Counted from the first letter of the stretch, positions 45,504-54,880 are shown. The stretch is DNA of 64,000 bases from Thermoanaerobaculia bacterium (GCA_036397835.1 DASWIG010000794.1:9698-73697); one strand, 5' to 3'. A program made the numbers and translations. The notes: a model not told the origin generated them from the letters alone.

Positions 45504-47918
45504 ATGATGCGCAACCTCGGGGCTTTCAGAGTCGCACTCCGCCGGCTGGCGAAGTATCCGGGCTTCACCGCCCTGGCAGTGGCCGCCCTGGCCTTGGGGC
45601 TCGGCATGACGATCTACGGCTATGGCGCCGTGAACTCCATCTACTTCCGAGGTCTGCCCTTCCCCGAGCCCCAAGAGCTCGTGCATCTGGAGGTACGGAA
45701 CGCGGCGACGGGCGAGCAACGGGGCGTCTGGCCCCTCGACTATCTCGATTGGCGCCAGCAGGAGAGCTTTCAGGATCTGGGGGCCATCGAGCGCGGCAGT
45801 TTCAACGTCAGCGGCGACCAGCTTCCCCAGCGCTACAGCGGCGCTGCCATGACCGCCAACGTCTTCGAGATGTTGGGGGCGGTGCCGCTTCTGGGCCGCA
45901 CCCTGGTCGCGAGCGACGACTTGCAGGGCGCCGAACCGGTGGTGCTTCTGGGCCACGACCTTTGGCAGCAGCGCTACGGCGGCGAGGAGGGGATCGTCGG
46001 CCGGTCGGTGCGGCTGAACGGCGTCGCCACTACCGTAGCCGGCGTCATGCCGCGCGGTTTCAAGTTCCCGGTGGCCGACGACCTGTGGGTGCCCTTGAAG
46101 CTCGACGTCAGCCAGTTCGAGCGCGGCGCCGGACCATATCTCCAGATCTTCGGCCGCCTGCGCGACGGCCTCACGGTCGAGGAGGCCCAGGCCGAGATGA
46201 CGACCATCGCCGAGCGTTTCCAGCAGGACTTTCCGGAGTCCCACAAGAACCTCGGCGTCGGAGTGGAGCCCTATGTGCAGCAGTTCGTCGGCGACCCGGC
46301 GGTGCTCTACGTGGTGCTCGCGGCGGTCGGGTTCGTGCTCCTGATCGCCTGCGCCAACGTCGCCAACATGCTTCTGGCACGGGCCAGCCAGCGCAGCACG
46401 GAGCTGGCGATCCGCTCGGCCTTGGGAGCCCGGCGCGCGGGGCTGATCTTGCAGATGATGGCGGAGAGCCTGCTGCTCAGCCTCGGCGGCGCCGTGATCG
46501 GCTCGCTTCTGGCATGGAAGGCTCTGGACATTACCCACGGCCTCTACGCAGGGCTGGAATGGACGCCCTTCTGGTGGAATTTCTCGATCGACGGCCGGGT
46601 CGTAGTGATGGCCGTCGTGGCGGCGATCCTCGCCAGCCTTCTGGCCGGCCTGATACCCGCGCTACGGGCTTCCGGCCTCGATATGAGCGCCGTCTTGCAC
46701 GAGGGCGGCCGCGGCTCAACCAGCCTGAAGATGAGCCGCCTCAGCAGAATGCTGGTGATCGGCGAGATCGCGCTTTCGTGCGTGCTGCTCATCTGCGCGG
46801 GCTTGATGATGCGCTCGATCAATAACCTCGTCCATCTCGACATCGGCGGCGCCACGGAGGGTTTCCTCAGCGGCACGGTCACGCTCAGCGAAGCCACCTA
46901 TCCCGACAAGCCGGCGCGGGTCCGCTTCCACGAGCAACTGGAGGAGCGGCTGCGGTCGACGCCCGGAATCCTCGCCGTCTCCGTCGCCAGCTCCATGCCC
47001 GGCTCGCAGGTGGACGCCTCCTTCTACACGCTGGAGGGCGTTGAAGTCGTTGACAAGAGCACTCGCCCGGCGGCCTATCACAACATCGTCAGTCCCTCTT
47101 ACTTCGACACCTTCGACGTCCCGCTACTCGCCGGCCGCGCCTTCGATAGCCGCGATCGAGCCGACGGCCAGCCCGTGGCGATCATCAGCCAGCTCTTCGC
47201 CGAGAAGGTGTGGCCGGACGCGGATCCGCTCGGAGAGCGCATCCGACTCGCGGTCGACGAGGGCGAGCTGGAGAACCCCTGGCGCACCGTGGTCGGCGTG
47301 GTGCCCAACGTCGCCCACAACCTCTTCGTGCGAGCGCCGCGGGAGATGGTCTACGTGCCCCTGGCCCAGACGGGTCCCGCGACCCTGAGGATCGGCGTCC
47401 GGGGCACCGGCGAGCCGATGTCCCTGGCGACGACGCTCAGCGAACAGGTGGCCGCCACCGACCCCGACATCCCGGCGTACAACGTGAAGCCGCTGACCGA
47501 TCTGATCCAGGCCGACCGCGCCGCCTTCGTCTTCATCGGCAAGGTGTTCTCGGTCTTCGGCCTCATCGCCATTGTGCTGGCGTCGGCCGGGATCTACGGA
47601 GTGACGGCGTTCTCGGTGTCCCAACGCTCCCAGGAAATCGGCGTTCGCCGCGCCTTCGGTGCGGACGATGGCGCCATCCTCCGTCTGGTCCTCGGACAGG
47701 GCGTCCGCCGTCTGGTGATCGGCCTGATCCCGGGGCTGATCCTGGCCTTCTTGATCTCCAGCCTTCTGAGCTCCAGCCTGTTCGGCTTGGAGAGCACCGA
47801 TTTCCTCTCCTTCTTCGCCGCCGTAGCCCTGTTGACCGCGGTGGTCCTCCTGGCCTGCTATTTCCCGGCACGCCGGGCGCTGAGGGTCCACGCGGTGAGG
47901 GTGTTGCGGTACGAATAG
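45504..47918 (+). CDS. ADOP-family duplicated FtsX/MacB-type ABC permease (no ATPase gene adjacent)
   Basis: The start is chosen at MMRNLGAFRVALRRLAKYPGFTALAVAALALGLG (SD GAGGAG 5 nt upstream). This is the typical '..L..L.K.PGFT..AV..LALGIG' N-terminus. There are two MacB periplasmic plus 4-TM FtsX halves. The track ORF starts 75 nt earlier. Confidence 0.85.
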   Translation: MMRNLGAFRVALRRLAKYPGFTALAVAALALGLGMTIYGYGAVNSIYFRGLPFPEPQELVHLEVRNAATGEQRGVWPLDYLDWRQQESFQDLGAIERGSFNVSGDQLPQRYSGAAMTANVFEMLGAVPLLGRTLVASDDLQGAEPVVLLGHDLWQQRYGGEEGIVGRSVRLNGVATTVAGVMPRGFKFPVADDLWVPLKLDVSQFERGAGPYLQIFGRLRDGLTVEEAQAEMTTIAERFQQDFPESHKNLGVGVEPYVQQFVGDPAVLYVVLAAVGFVLLIACANVANMLLARASQRSTELAIRSALGARRAGLILQMMAESLLLSLGGAVIGSLLAWKALDITHGLYAGLEWTPFWWNFSIDGRVVVMAVVAAILASLLAGLIPALRASGLDMSAVLHEGGRGSTSLKMSRLSRMLVIGEIALSCVLLICAGLMMRSINNLVHLDIGGATEGFLSGTVTLSEATYPDKPARVRFHEQLEERLRSTPGILAVSVASSMPGSQVDASFYTLEGVEVVDKSTRPAAYHNIVSPSYFDTFDVPLLAGRAFDSRDRADGQPVAIISQLFAEKVWPDADPLGERIRLAVDEGELENPWRTVVGVVPNVAHNLFVRAPREMVYVPLAQTGPATLRIGVRGTGEPMSLATTLSEQVAATDPDIPAYNVKPLTDLIQADRAAFVFIGKVFSVFGLIAIVLASAGIYGVTAFSVSQRSQEIGVRRAFGADDGAILRLVLGQGVRRLVIGLIPGLILAFLISSLLSSSLFGLESTDFLSFFAAVALLTAVVLLACYFPARRALRVHAVRVLRYE

Positions 47919-47924
47919 GAGACG

Positions 47925-48701
47925 CTAGGCCTGGAGGGCTCCCCCGTCGAGGACGATAGCTTGGCCGTTGACGCCATAGGCGCGCGGATCGCACAGTGTG
48001 AGGACGAGATAGGCCACTTCCTCGGGATTGAAGATGCGCCGCTGCGGGCTCTTGTTGAGGATCATCTCCCGGGTCTCCTCCGGCGAGGATCCCAGGAGCT
48101 TGGTGAAGCGCTCGACCGCGTAGGCCGTCATGTCGGTCTCGACGTATGCCGGGCAGACGGCGTTGATCGTCACCCCCCTGGTCGCAACCTCGAGGGCGAC
48201 GCTGCGTGTGAGGCCGACCACCGCGTGCTTGGCCGCAGAGTATGCAGAGAGGTAGGCGGAGCCCGTCGTTCCCGCCACCGACGCGATGTTGACGACGCGG
48301 CCCCAGCCGCGCTCAAGCATCCCCGGCAGGAAGGCCTGGGTGCACAGCATGGTGCCGGTCACGTTTACGGCGAAGAGCCGGTTCCAGTCCTCCAGCCGGA
48401 CGTCGCGGAACGGCTCCGAGGAGGTGATGCCGGCGTTGTTGACCAGGACATCGACCCCGCCGAGCTTCTCCTCGGCTTGCCGATGGAGCGCCGCGACCTG
48501 CTCGGGATCGCTGACATCGGCCGCCACCGACCAGGCCCGATGCCCGGCGGCGCGCAGACGGGCGGCGGTTTCCCCGATCTCGTCGCGGGAACGGGCCGCA
48601 ACCACCACGGCCGCTCCCGCCGCCGCCAGGCCCCGTGCCACGGCGGCACCGATGCCGCGCCCGCCGCCGGTGACGACGGCCCGCTGCTGGTCGAATCTCA
48701 T
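47925..48701 (-). CDS. Classical short-chain dehydrogenase/reductase (FabG-like 3-oxoacyl reductase)
   Basis: Track ORF of 258 aa with 'VTGGGRGIG', 'NNAG' and 'SAYSAAK' (the Ser-Tyr-Lys triad). Confidence 0.9.
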   Translation of the reverse strand: MRFDQQRAVVTGGGRGIGAAVARGLAAAGAAVVVAARSRDEIGETAARLRAAGHRAWSVAADVSDPEQVAALHRQAEEKLGGVDVLVNNAGITSSEPFRDVRLEDWNRLFAVNVTGTMLCTQAFLPGMLERGWGRVVNIASVAGTTGSAYLSAYSAAKHAVVGLTRSVALEVATRGVTINAVCPAYVETDMTAYAVERFTKLLGSSPEETREMILNKSPQRRIFNPEEVAYLVLTLCDPRAYGVNGQAIVLDGGALQA

Positions 48702-48899
48702 GGCGCCAGAGTAGGTTCAAGGAGCGTACGTGTCAAGACGGGCTTACCCGGCGCCGTGGGAGCTTTTCGCCACCATCCTGAGTTCCCGAATCGAGCCCGA
48801 TTCGCTAAGCTCTTCAAGCGCAGCCGAGGAGGTGGCCTGTGCGGCAGTGAAGGCCGGGCCACCGCGCCAAGCCCGAGAATCCGAGCCCCGGAGGACGCC

Positions 48900-50846
48900 A
48901 TGTACAAGATCAGCCTTCTCAATATGCCCTTCGCGAGCCTCTCCATGCCGTCTCTCGCCCTGACTCAGCTCACCTCCGTGGTCAAGCGACGCTTCGGCGA
49001 CCAGGTGAGGGTCCGCAACCTCTACCTCAATCACGAGTTCGCCCACTATCTCGGCTTGGACCTCTATTCTCCGATGACCAGCTCGTTGGCAGCCAACAAC
49101 TCGGGGCTCGGGGACTGGTTCTTCCGTCAGGCCGCCTTTCCCGACCAGTCCGACAACTGCCGGGAGTACTTCGAACGCTATTTCCCCAGCCCAGACGCGG
49201 AGACGGAGGTCCGGTTGAAGTCGGTGGTGTCCAAGAGAGCACCGCTCGATCGCTTCGTGCAGGCCTTGGTCGTCAAGTTCGGGCTCCATGAGGAGGATCT
49301 GGTGGGCTTCACCTCGATGTTCGCGCAGAACGCCGCCTCCTTCGCCATGGCCCGGCACATCAAGGAGAAGAATCCCAAGGTCGTCACCGTCATCGGCGGG
49401 GCCAACTGCGAAGCCCCCATGGGGCGCGAGCTTGCGCTCCACGTCGACGCTCTTGATTTCGCCGTCTCGGGGCCGGCGCTCGTCGCCTTCCCGCAGCTCG
49501 TCCAGCATCTGATGGACGGCGAGCCCGAGCGCTGCCAAGAGATCCGCGGCGTCTATTCGGCGGAGAACGCCGAGGGCCTCAAAGGCCTGATGTGGGCCGG
49601 CCAGGAGCTTTCCGTCGAGGTACCGGTACCGCTCGACTACGAATCCTTCCTCCGGGATCTCCAGCGGAACTTCCCGAGCGGCCTGATCAAGCCCAACCTG
49701 ACCTTCGAGACCTCACGGGGCTGCTGGTGGGGAGAACGGTCACATTGCACGTTCTGCGGCCTGAACGGTACTACGATGGCTTACCGCGGGATGCCCTCCG
49801 AAATGGCCATCGAGCTCTTCAATGAGCTCTTCGAAAAATACGGTGATCGGTGCCAGAACTTCGATTCGGTCGACAACATACTCCCCAGGCAGTACTTGAA
49901 GGAGGTCTTCCCGAGGCTGGATCCGCCGGTTGGCACCAGCATCTTCTACGAGATTAAAGCTGACCTCAAAGAGCACGAGATGGAGACGCTGGTCAGGGCC
50001 GGCGTCAACAGGCTCCAACCGGGCATCGAATCCCTGAGCAGCTCGACGCTCAAGCTGATGGGCAAAGGGACCACCGCTTTCAGCAATATCGGCTTCTTGA
50101 AGTATTGTGTCAAGTACGGTATTTATCCGGTCTGGAACCTGCTGATCGGATTTCCTGGAGAAGAAGGGAGCGTCTACGAGAAATACCTGGCCGACATACC
50201 TCATCTCAAACACCTGCCGCCTCCGGACGGTGCCTTCCCGGTGCGCTTCGATCGCTACAGCCCCTATTTCGTGAAGGCTGACGAGTATCACCTTGACCTC
50301 AAACCTTACGACTTCTATAGCTTCATCTACCCTTTCCCCGAGGAGTCCATCGACAACATGGCCTACTACTTCGAGGATCTGAACTACAGCGCCGAGTACA
50401 TCCGCAACACGGCCGCGTGGACTGACAAGCTGAATGCGGCCGTGGAGGATTGGCAAGAGTGTTTCCGTCGTCTGGATGGAAGCAAACCGCGAGCCAAGCT
50501 ATATCTGGAGCGAAAGGGCAACTCTTGGATAGTGCACGACACCCGCAGCGGGGAGCTGGTGGAGCACGAGGTGGGCGCTCTCGCCGCCAGGATTCTCGAG
50601 TGCCTCAGCCAGAAAGGGCACAAGATCGCCCACGTAGCCAAGTACGCCCGGACCGACCCGGCAAGAGCAGGTGAAGAGGTCCAACGTCTGCGACAGCAAG
50701 GTCTGCTCTTCCAGGAGAGCGATCGTTACATCAGCCTGGTGATGGAACCCGGTATCGGTGCCGCAGACTTCAAGATGCCAGGGTTCATGTATCTGAACCC
50801 ATCGCTCGGCAGCGGCAGCCAGCCAGCGGCTCAACTGACCCGTTGA
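48900..50846 (+). CDS. B12-binding-domain radical SAM enzyme of the RiPP-maturation (C-methyltransferase-like) type, 648 aa
   Basis: Start reassigned to MYKISLLNMPFASL (SD GGAGG 5 nt upstream). The cluster motif 'ETSRGCWWGERSHCTFCGLNG' is the variant I associate with the 'RiPP maturation radical SAM' family (TIGR03975-like). The 5' part of the 961-aa track ORF is antisense to the SDR gene. Confidence 0.8.
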   Translation: MYKISLLNMPFASLSMPSLALTQLTSVVKRRFGDQVRVRNLYLNHEFAHYLGLDLYSPMTSSLAANNSGLGDWFFRQAAFPDQSDNCREYFERYFPSPDAETEVRLKSVVSKRAPLDRFVQALVVKFGLHEEDLVGFTSMFAQNAASFAMARHIKEKNPKVVTVIGGANCEAPMGRELALHVDALDFAVSGPALVAFPQLVQHLMDGEPERCQEIRGVYSAENAEGLKGLMWAGQELSVEVPVPLDYESFLRDLQRNFPSGLIKPNLTFETSRGCWWGERSHCTFCGLNGTTMAYRGMPSEMAIELFNELFEKYGDRCQNFDSVDNILPRQYLKEVFPRLDPPVGTSIFYEIKADLKEHEMETLVRAGVNRLQPGIESLSSSTLKLMGKGTTAFSNIGFLKYCVKYGIYPVWNLLIGFPGEEGSVYEKYLADIPHLKHLPPPDGAFPVRFDRYSPYFVKADEYHLDLKPYDFYSFIYPFPEESIDNMAYYFEDLNYSAEYIRNTAAWTDKLNAAVEDWQECFRRLDGSKPRAKLYLERKGNSWIVHDTRSGELVEHEVGALAARILECLSQKGHKIAHVAKYARTDPARAGEEVQRLRQQGLLFQESDRYISLVMEPGIGAADFKMPGFMYLNPSLGSGSQPAAQLTR

Positions 50847-50943
50847 CGGCGCTCAGGAGATCCTTCGCAAGCCGCGACGCGTTGCCAGACGGCGGCGGAG
50901 AGCCGGCCGCGCCCTGCGTGAGTTCAGGGGTCGGCGGACTCCA

Positions 50944-51111
50944 TCAGGGCACAAAGGCCTTCACATGCTGGAACAACCTGATGCTGAGGAAGCCCAGAAT
51001 CAGGCCCACCAGGATATGGATGAGGTAACCTTCAGCAACGCCGCCAATCAGCGCGAGCACCGCGTTGAGAAGCGTGAACAGGGCCAGGAGATTAAGCAGA
51101 ACCTTCACCAT
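50944..51111 (-). CDS. Small (55 aa) two-helix hydrophobic protein, below the ORF-track size cutoff
   Basis: Own translation: MVKVLLNLLALFTLLNAVLALIGGVAEGYLIHILVGLILGFLSIRLFQHVKAFVP*. A strong SD AAAGGAG lies just upstream. It starts 46 nt after the FAAL-ACP-KS stop and has fair G/C3 bias. Confidence 0.45.
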   Translation of the reverse strand: MVKVLLNLLALFTLLNAVLALIGGVAEGYLIHILVGLILGFLSIRLFQHVKAFVP

Positions 51112-51157
51112 GTCTCCTTTACTTGGTTTCGTTCTTCGTCAGTGACGTCTGAGTAGC

Positions 51158-54100
51158 TCACTTCCCCCACGCGAGAAAGGCGTCCAGGGACTCGGCCAGA
51201 TCGGCATGGGTGGCACCGAGCAGCGACAGGCGATGCTCGTGGTGGGTACGGCGGACGCCAGCCGTATAGCACAGATCGGCGAGCGGCGGAGCATCGCCGC
51301 TGCGCAGGAGGTCCCGATAGCGCTGAGCGAGCCCCCGCAAAGCAAGCTCCGAGGCCGCCGAGAGCGGCAGCAGAAAGACCCCGTCGCCGGGAGGCCGCTC
51401 TTGCTGCGGCGCCGGCGCCTCGCGCAGCAGCACATGGGCGTTGGTGCCCCCGAAGCCGAACGAGCTCACTCCCGCCAGCCGCGGGCCGGAAACCTCCGGC
51501 CACGGCCCCAACTGCCGCTGCACTGCGATCGGTAGCTCGTCGAAGGGGATCTCGGGGTGTGGCGTCTCGAAATGCAGGGATGGTGGAACCCGGCCGCGGT
51601 GGATCATGAGAACCACCTTGATCAGCCCAGCTATCCCCGCCGCCGCCTCCAGATGGCCGATATTGCTCTTCACCGAGCCGATCGCGCATCGCTCCCCGGC
51701 CGCGCGCCCTTCCCCCAGCACCCGACCCAGGCTCTGGGCCTCGATCAGATCGCCCAGATAGGTGCCGGTGCCGTGCGCCTCCACGTACTGCACCGCCCCC
51801 GGCACCACGCCCGCGCTGTAGTATACCCGACGCAGCAAGGCCTCCTGGGCCTGGCCGTTGGGCGCCATCAAGCCGTTGCTCCGCCCGTTCTGATTGATCG
51901 CGCTGGCGCAGATCACCGCGTAAACCGGATCGCCGTCAGCCTCGGCCTGTGAAAGTGGCTTGAGCACCACCGCCCCCGCCCCCTCGGCCCGAACGTACCC
52001 GTCGGCTTTGGCGTCGAAGACCTTGCAGCGGCCGTCCCGGGCCATCACCCCGGCTTTGCTGAAGTTGATGGTCGCCGCCGGCGACAGGATCAGGTTCACG
52101 CCTCCGGCCAGCACATGCTTCGCCTCGGCGCGTCGCAACATCTGGCAGGCCTCGTGCACCGCCACCAGCGACGCCGAGCAGGCGGTGTCCACCGAAAGGC
52201 TCGGACCCTGCAATCCGAAAGCATAAGAGATGCGATTGGCGGCGATGGAAACGGAGCTCCCGGTGCCGGCGTAGGCGGTGATGTGCTCCAATGCCGCCAG
52301 TTGCATCCGTCCGTAGTCGTCACTCGAGATGCCGACGACCACGCCGGTGTCGCTGCCGTCGAGCCCGGCGGCGAGGCCGGCGTCCTCGAAAGCTTCCCAG
52401 GCCACCTCCAGCATCAGCCGCTGTTGGGGATCCATGGCCGCAGCCTCGCGCGGCGAGATGCCGAAGAAGTCGGCGTCGAAGCGATCCACTCGGTCGAGAA
52501 AGCCTCCCCAGCGGGTGATCATCTTGCCCGGCACCGAGGGATCAGGATCGAAAAAGGCGTCGATGTCCCAACGTTCCGGCGGAACCTCACGGATCGCGTC
52601 CCGCCCTTGCACCAGCAGTTGCCAGAAGGCCTGAGGACCGTCGGCCCCGGGGAAGCGGCAACCGAGGCCGATCACCGCGATCGGCTCCACTTCCGCGGCG
52701 GGCGCCGAACAGGCCCGCCGGGCCGGAGTCGAGCCGGAGCCGAGATACACGGCGAGGGCGGCGAGGGAGGGGTGGTCGTAGAACAAGGTGGCCGAGACCC
52801 GGCGCCCCAGCCAGCTCGAAAGATCGCCGGTCAACCCCTGAAGGGTGACCGAGTCGAGGCCATAGCGCGCTGGCGGTTGGCGGGGGTCGATGCGGTCGGC
52901 TGCCATTCCCAGCCGCCGGGCGATCGCCGCCACCAGCCAGTCTCGGATCTCCTCCACGCCGCGCTCCGTCCCCTCTTCTCCGACCGAGGTCGGCTCGACG
53001 CTCGGCGCCGCCGCGATCTCAGGCTCGAGGTCTTCGGCGATCGCCCGCAGCGTCCCCGCTTGAAAGCTAACCTTCACCGACTGGCGCTGCAGCTTGCCGC
53101 TTGAGGTCTTCGGCAGCGACGCCGGCGGCACCAGCGTCACCCCCCAGGGACGCACGCCGTGCTCCTCCGCCACAGCCTGACGTATGGCGCCGATGATCTG
53201 CTGCGGATCGACCTGGCGCTGGTTACGCTCCAACTCGGCGACGATCACCAGGCGCTCCTCCCCGGCCCGATCCAGCGCAAACGCCACGGCGCTTTCCGCA
53301 CGCAGCGCGCCGTGACTCCGATCCACGGTCGATTCCAGATCTTGCGGATAGTGGTTCTCGCCCCGGAGGATCACCAGCTCCTTGAGCCGGCCGGTGATAT
53401 ACAGCTCGCCGTCGCGCATGAAGCCGAGGTCTCCGGTGCGCAGGAACGGCCCGTCTTCGGTGTCGACCCGTGAGGCTCGGAAGGTCGCCTCGCTCTCTTT
53501 CTCCCGCCCCCAATAACCCTGGGCCACGCTTGGACCGCTCACCCAGATCTCCCCCACCGCTGCCTCGCCGCTCCCGTGGCCGGTAGCCGGGTCGACGATC
53601 ACCACGTCCGTGTCTTCGTCAGGCCGGCCGCAGCCCACCAGAACCTGGACCTCACCGTCGTCCGCCGCCTCCTCCACCCGGTGCTCACGTAACCTGGCGG
53701 CATCGATCGTCAGGTAGCTCGGCTCCCGCCACCGCGACTGCAGCGACACCCGCAGCGTGCCTTCCGCCAGCCCGTAGCCCGGGCACAACGCCGCACGCCG
53801 GAAGCCACATGCCGAAAAACGTTCAGCGAAACGCTCCAGAGTTGCCCGGCGCACAGGCTCGGCGCCGTCGATCGCCTGCGACCAACTGCTCAGATCGAGC
53901 GGCGGATCCTGCTGTGCCGCCACCTTGCGCACGCACAGCTCAAAACCGAAGTTGGGGGAGGCGCTGTGAGTCCCGCGGTACTCGGAGATCGCCCGCAGCC
54001 AGCGCAGGGGCTTCTGGAGGAACGCCGCCGGGGCCATCGCCACGCACGGAAATCCCCGGAAGATCGGTCCCAGAAGGCCGTAGATCAGTCCCATGTCGTG

Positions 54101-54775
54101 GAAGCTCGGCAGCCACGTCACCATCCGGGTACCGAACCCGGGCTCGGGGGCAAAGTCGAACCCGGTGAGATTGGCGATCAGGTTCCCGTGGCTGACCATC
54201 ACGCCCTTGGGCAACGAGGTGGAACCTGAGGTGTACTGCAGGTAGGCCAGGTGCTCGCCATCCGGCTTCGGCTCTCGCCAGGCCTCTGCTCCCTCCGCGG
54301 CGACGCCGTCACTGGCGATCACTTGCAGCGGTTCAAGCGCCTCCGAGCCAGAGCACCAGCGGCGCAGGTTCCGCTCGGAGGCAGCCTCGGTCAGCGCCAG
54401 GGCGGGTCGACAGTCGGCGGCGATAGCCTCGACCCGGGTCAGCTTGCGAGAGCCCAGGGGTATCTGGACGGGAACGCCCAAGACGCCGGCGTAAAAGCAG
54501 CCGAACAGGCCGGTGAGGAACTCCAACCCGGGAGGATAGAGGAGCAGGGCGCGCTCGCCTTCCAGACCCTGCTCGCGCAGGTGGGCGGCGAGTGCCCGGG
54601 CGCGGCGGTCGAGGTCGGCGTAGGTCAGCGGCGGCGCCGGTCGTTCGCCGTCGAGGAGGAAGAGAGCGGCCTGATCATCGCCCTGGTGCTCGGCTCGGAA
54701 ACGCAGTACGTCGACCAGGGTGCGGAACCTCTCCTCGGGTCGGGTATGGGGCGTCTTGCTCAAGTCACTGCTCAC
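51158..54775 (-). CDS. Loading/first-extension PKS subunit: fatty acyl-AMP ligase (FAAL)-ACP-KS, ending inside the KS-AT linker
   Basis: FAAL: 'LAYLQYTSGSTSLPKGVMVSHGNL'. ACP: 'YGLDSVTL'. KS: 'VDTACSASL', 'EAHGTGT', 'KSNIGHLEAAAG', 'GGTNAHVLL'. There is no in-frame ATG, so I chose GTG at 54775 (SD GGGGAG 7 nt upstream), giving MSSDLSKTPHTRPEERFRTLVDVL. The longer track ORF overlaps the divergent amidohydrolase gene. Confidence 0.9.
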   Translation of the reverse strand: MSSDLSKTPHTRPEERFRTLVDVLRFRAEHQGDDQAALFLLDGERPAPPLTYADLDRRARALAAHLREQGLEGERALLLYPPGLEFLTGLFGCFYAGVLGVPVQIPLGSRKLTRVEAIAADCRPALALTEAASERNLRRWCSGSEALEPLQVIASDGVAAEGAEAWREPKPDGEHLAYLQYTSGSTSLPKGVMVSHGNLIANLTGFDFAPEPGFGTRMVTWLPSFHDMGLIYGLLGPIFRGFPCVAMAPAAFLQKPLRWLRAISEYRGTHSASPNFGFELCVRKVAAQQDPPLDLSSWSQAIDGAEPVRRATLERFAERFSACGFRRAALCPGYGLAEGTLRVSLQSRWREPSYLTIDAARLREHRVEEAADDGEVQVLVGCGRPDEDTDVVIVDPATGHGSGEAAVGEIWVSGPSVAQGYWGREKESEATFRASRVDTEDGPFLRTGDLGFMRDGELYITGRLKELVILRGENHYPQDLESTVDRSHGALRAESAVAFALDRAGEERLVIVAELERNQRQVDPQQIIGAIRQAVAEEHGVRPWGVTLVPPASLPKTSSGKLQRQSVKVSFQAGTLRAIAEDLEPEIAAAPSVEPTSVGEEGTERGVEEIRDWLVAAIARRLGMAADRIDPRQPPARYGLDSVTLQGLTGDLSSWLGRRVSATLFYDHPSLAALAVYLGSGSTPARRACSAPAAEVEPIAVIGLGCRFPGADGPQAFWQLLVQGRDAIREVPPERWDIDAFFDPDPSVPGKMITRWGGFLDRVDRFDADFFGISPREAAAMDPQQRLMLEVAWEAFEDAGLAAGLDGSDTGVVVGISSDDYGRMQLAALEHITAYAGTGSSVSIAANRISYAFGLQGPSLSVDTACSASLVAVHEACQMLRRAEAKHVLAGGVNLILSPAATINFSKAGVMARDGRCKVFDAKADGYVRAEGAGAVVLKPLSQAEADGDPVYAVICASAINQNGRSNGLMAPNGQAQEALLRRVYYSAGVVPGAVQYVEAHGTGTYLGDLIEAQSLGRVLGEGRAAGERCAIGSVKSNIGHLEAAAGIAGLIKVVLMIHRGRVPPSLHFETPHPEIPFDELPIAVQRQLGPWPEVSGPRLAGVSSFGFGGTNAHVLLREAPAPQQERPPGDGVFLLPLSAASELALRGLAQRYRDLLRSGDAPPLADLCYTAGVRRTHHEHRLSLLGATHADLAESLDAFLAWGK
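51420..52690 (-). other. Ketosynthase domain (catalytically complete Cys-His-His)
   Basis: The active-site Cys in DTACSAS is at about 52160-52180, and both His motifs are present. It is followed by about 90 aa of linker and then a stop. Confidence 0.85.
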
Positions 54776-54880
54776 CTGTAGGCTCCCCGAGCGGATTGTA
54801 TCTCGCGCCTGGGGGGTTCGGCCAGCCAGGACGCTCGGTGAGGATAACCGGGACGAAGCACAGGATGTGAGGGTAGAGCG

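Noticed and set aside
47961-48899. 5' third of the 961-aa ORF ending at 50846
   Set aside because: It is antisense to the SDR gene. The real rSAM start with an SD is at 48900.
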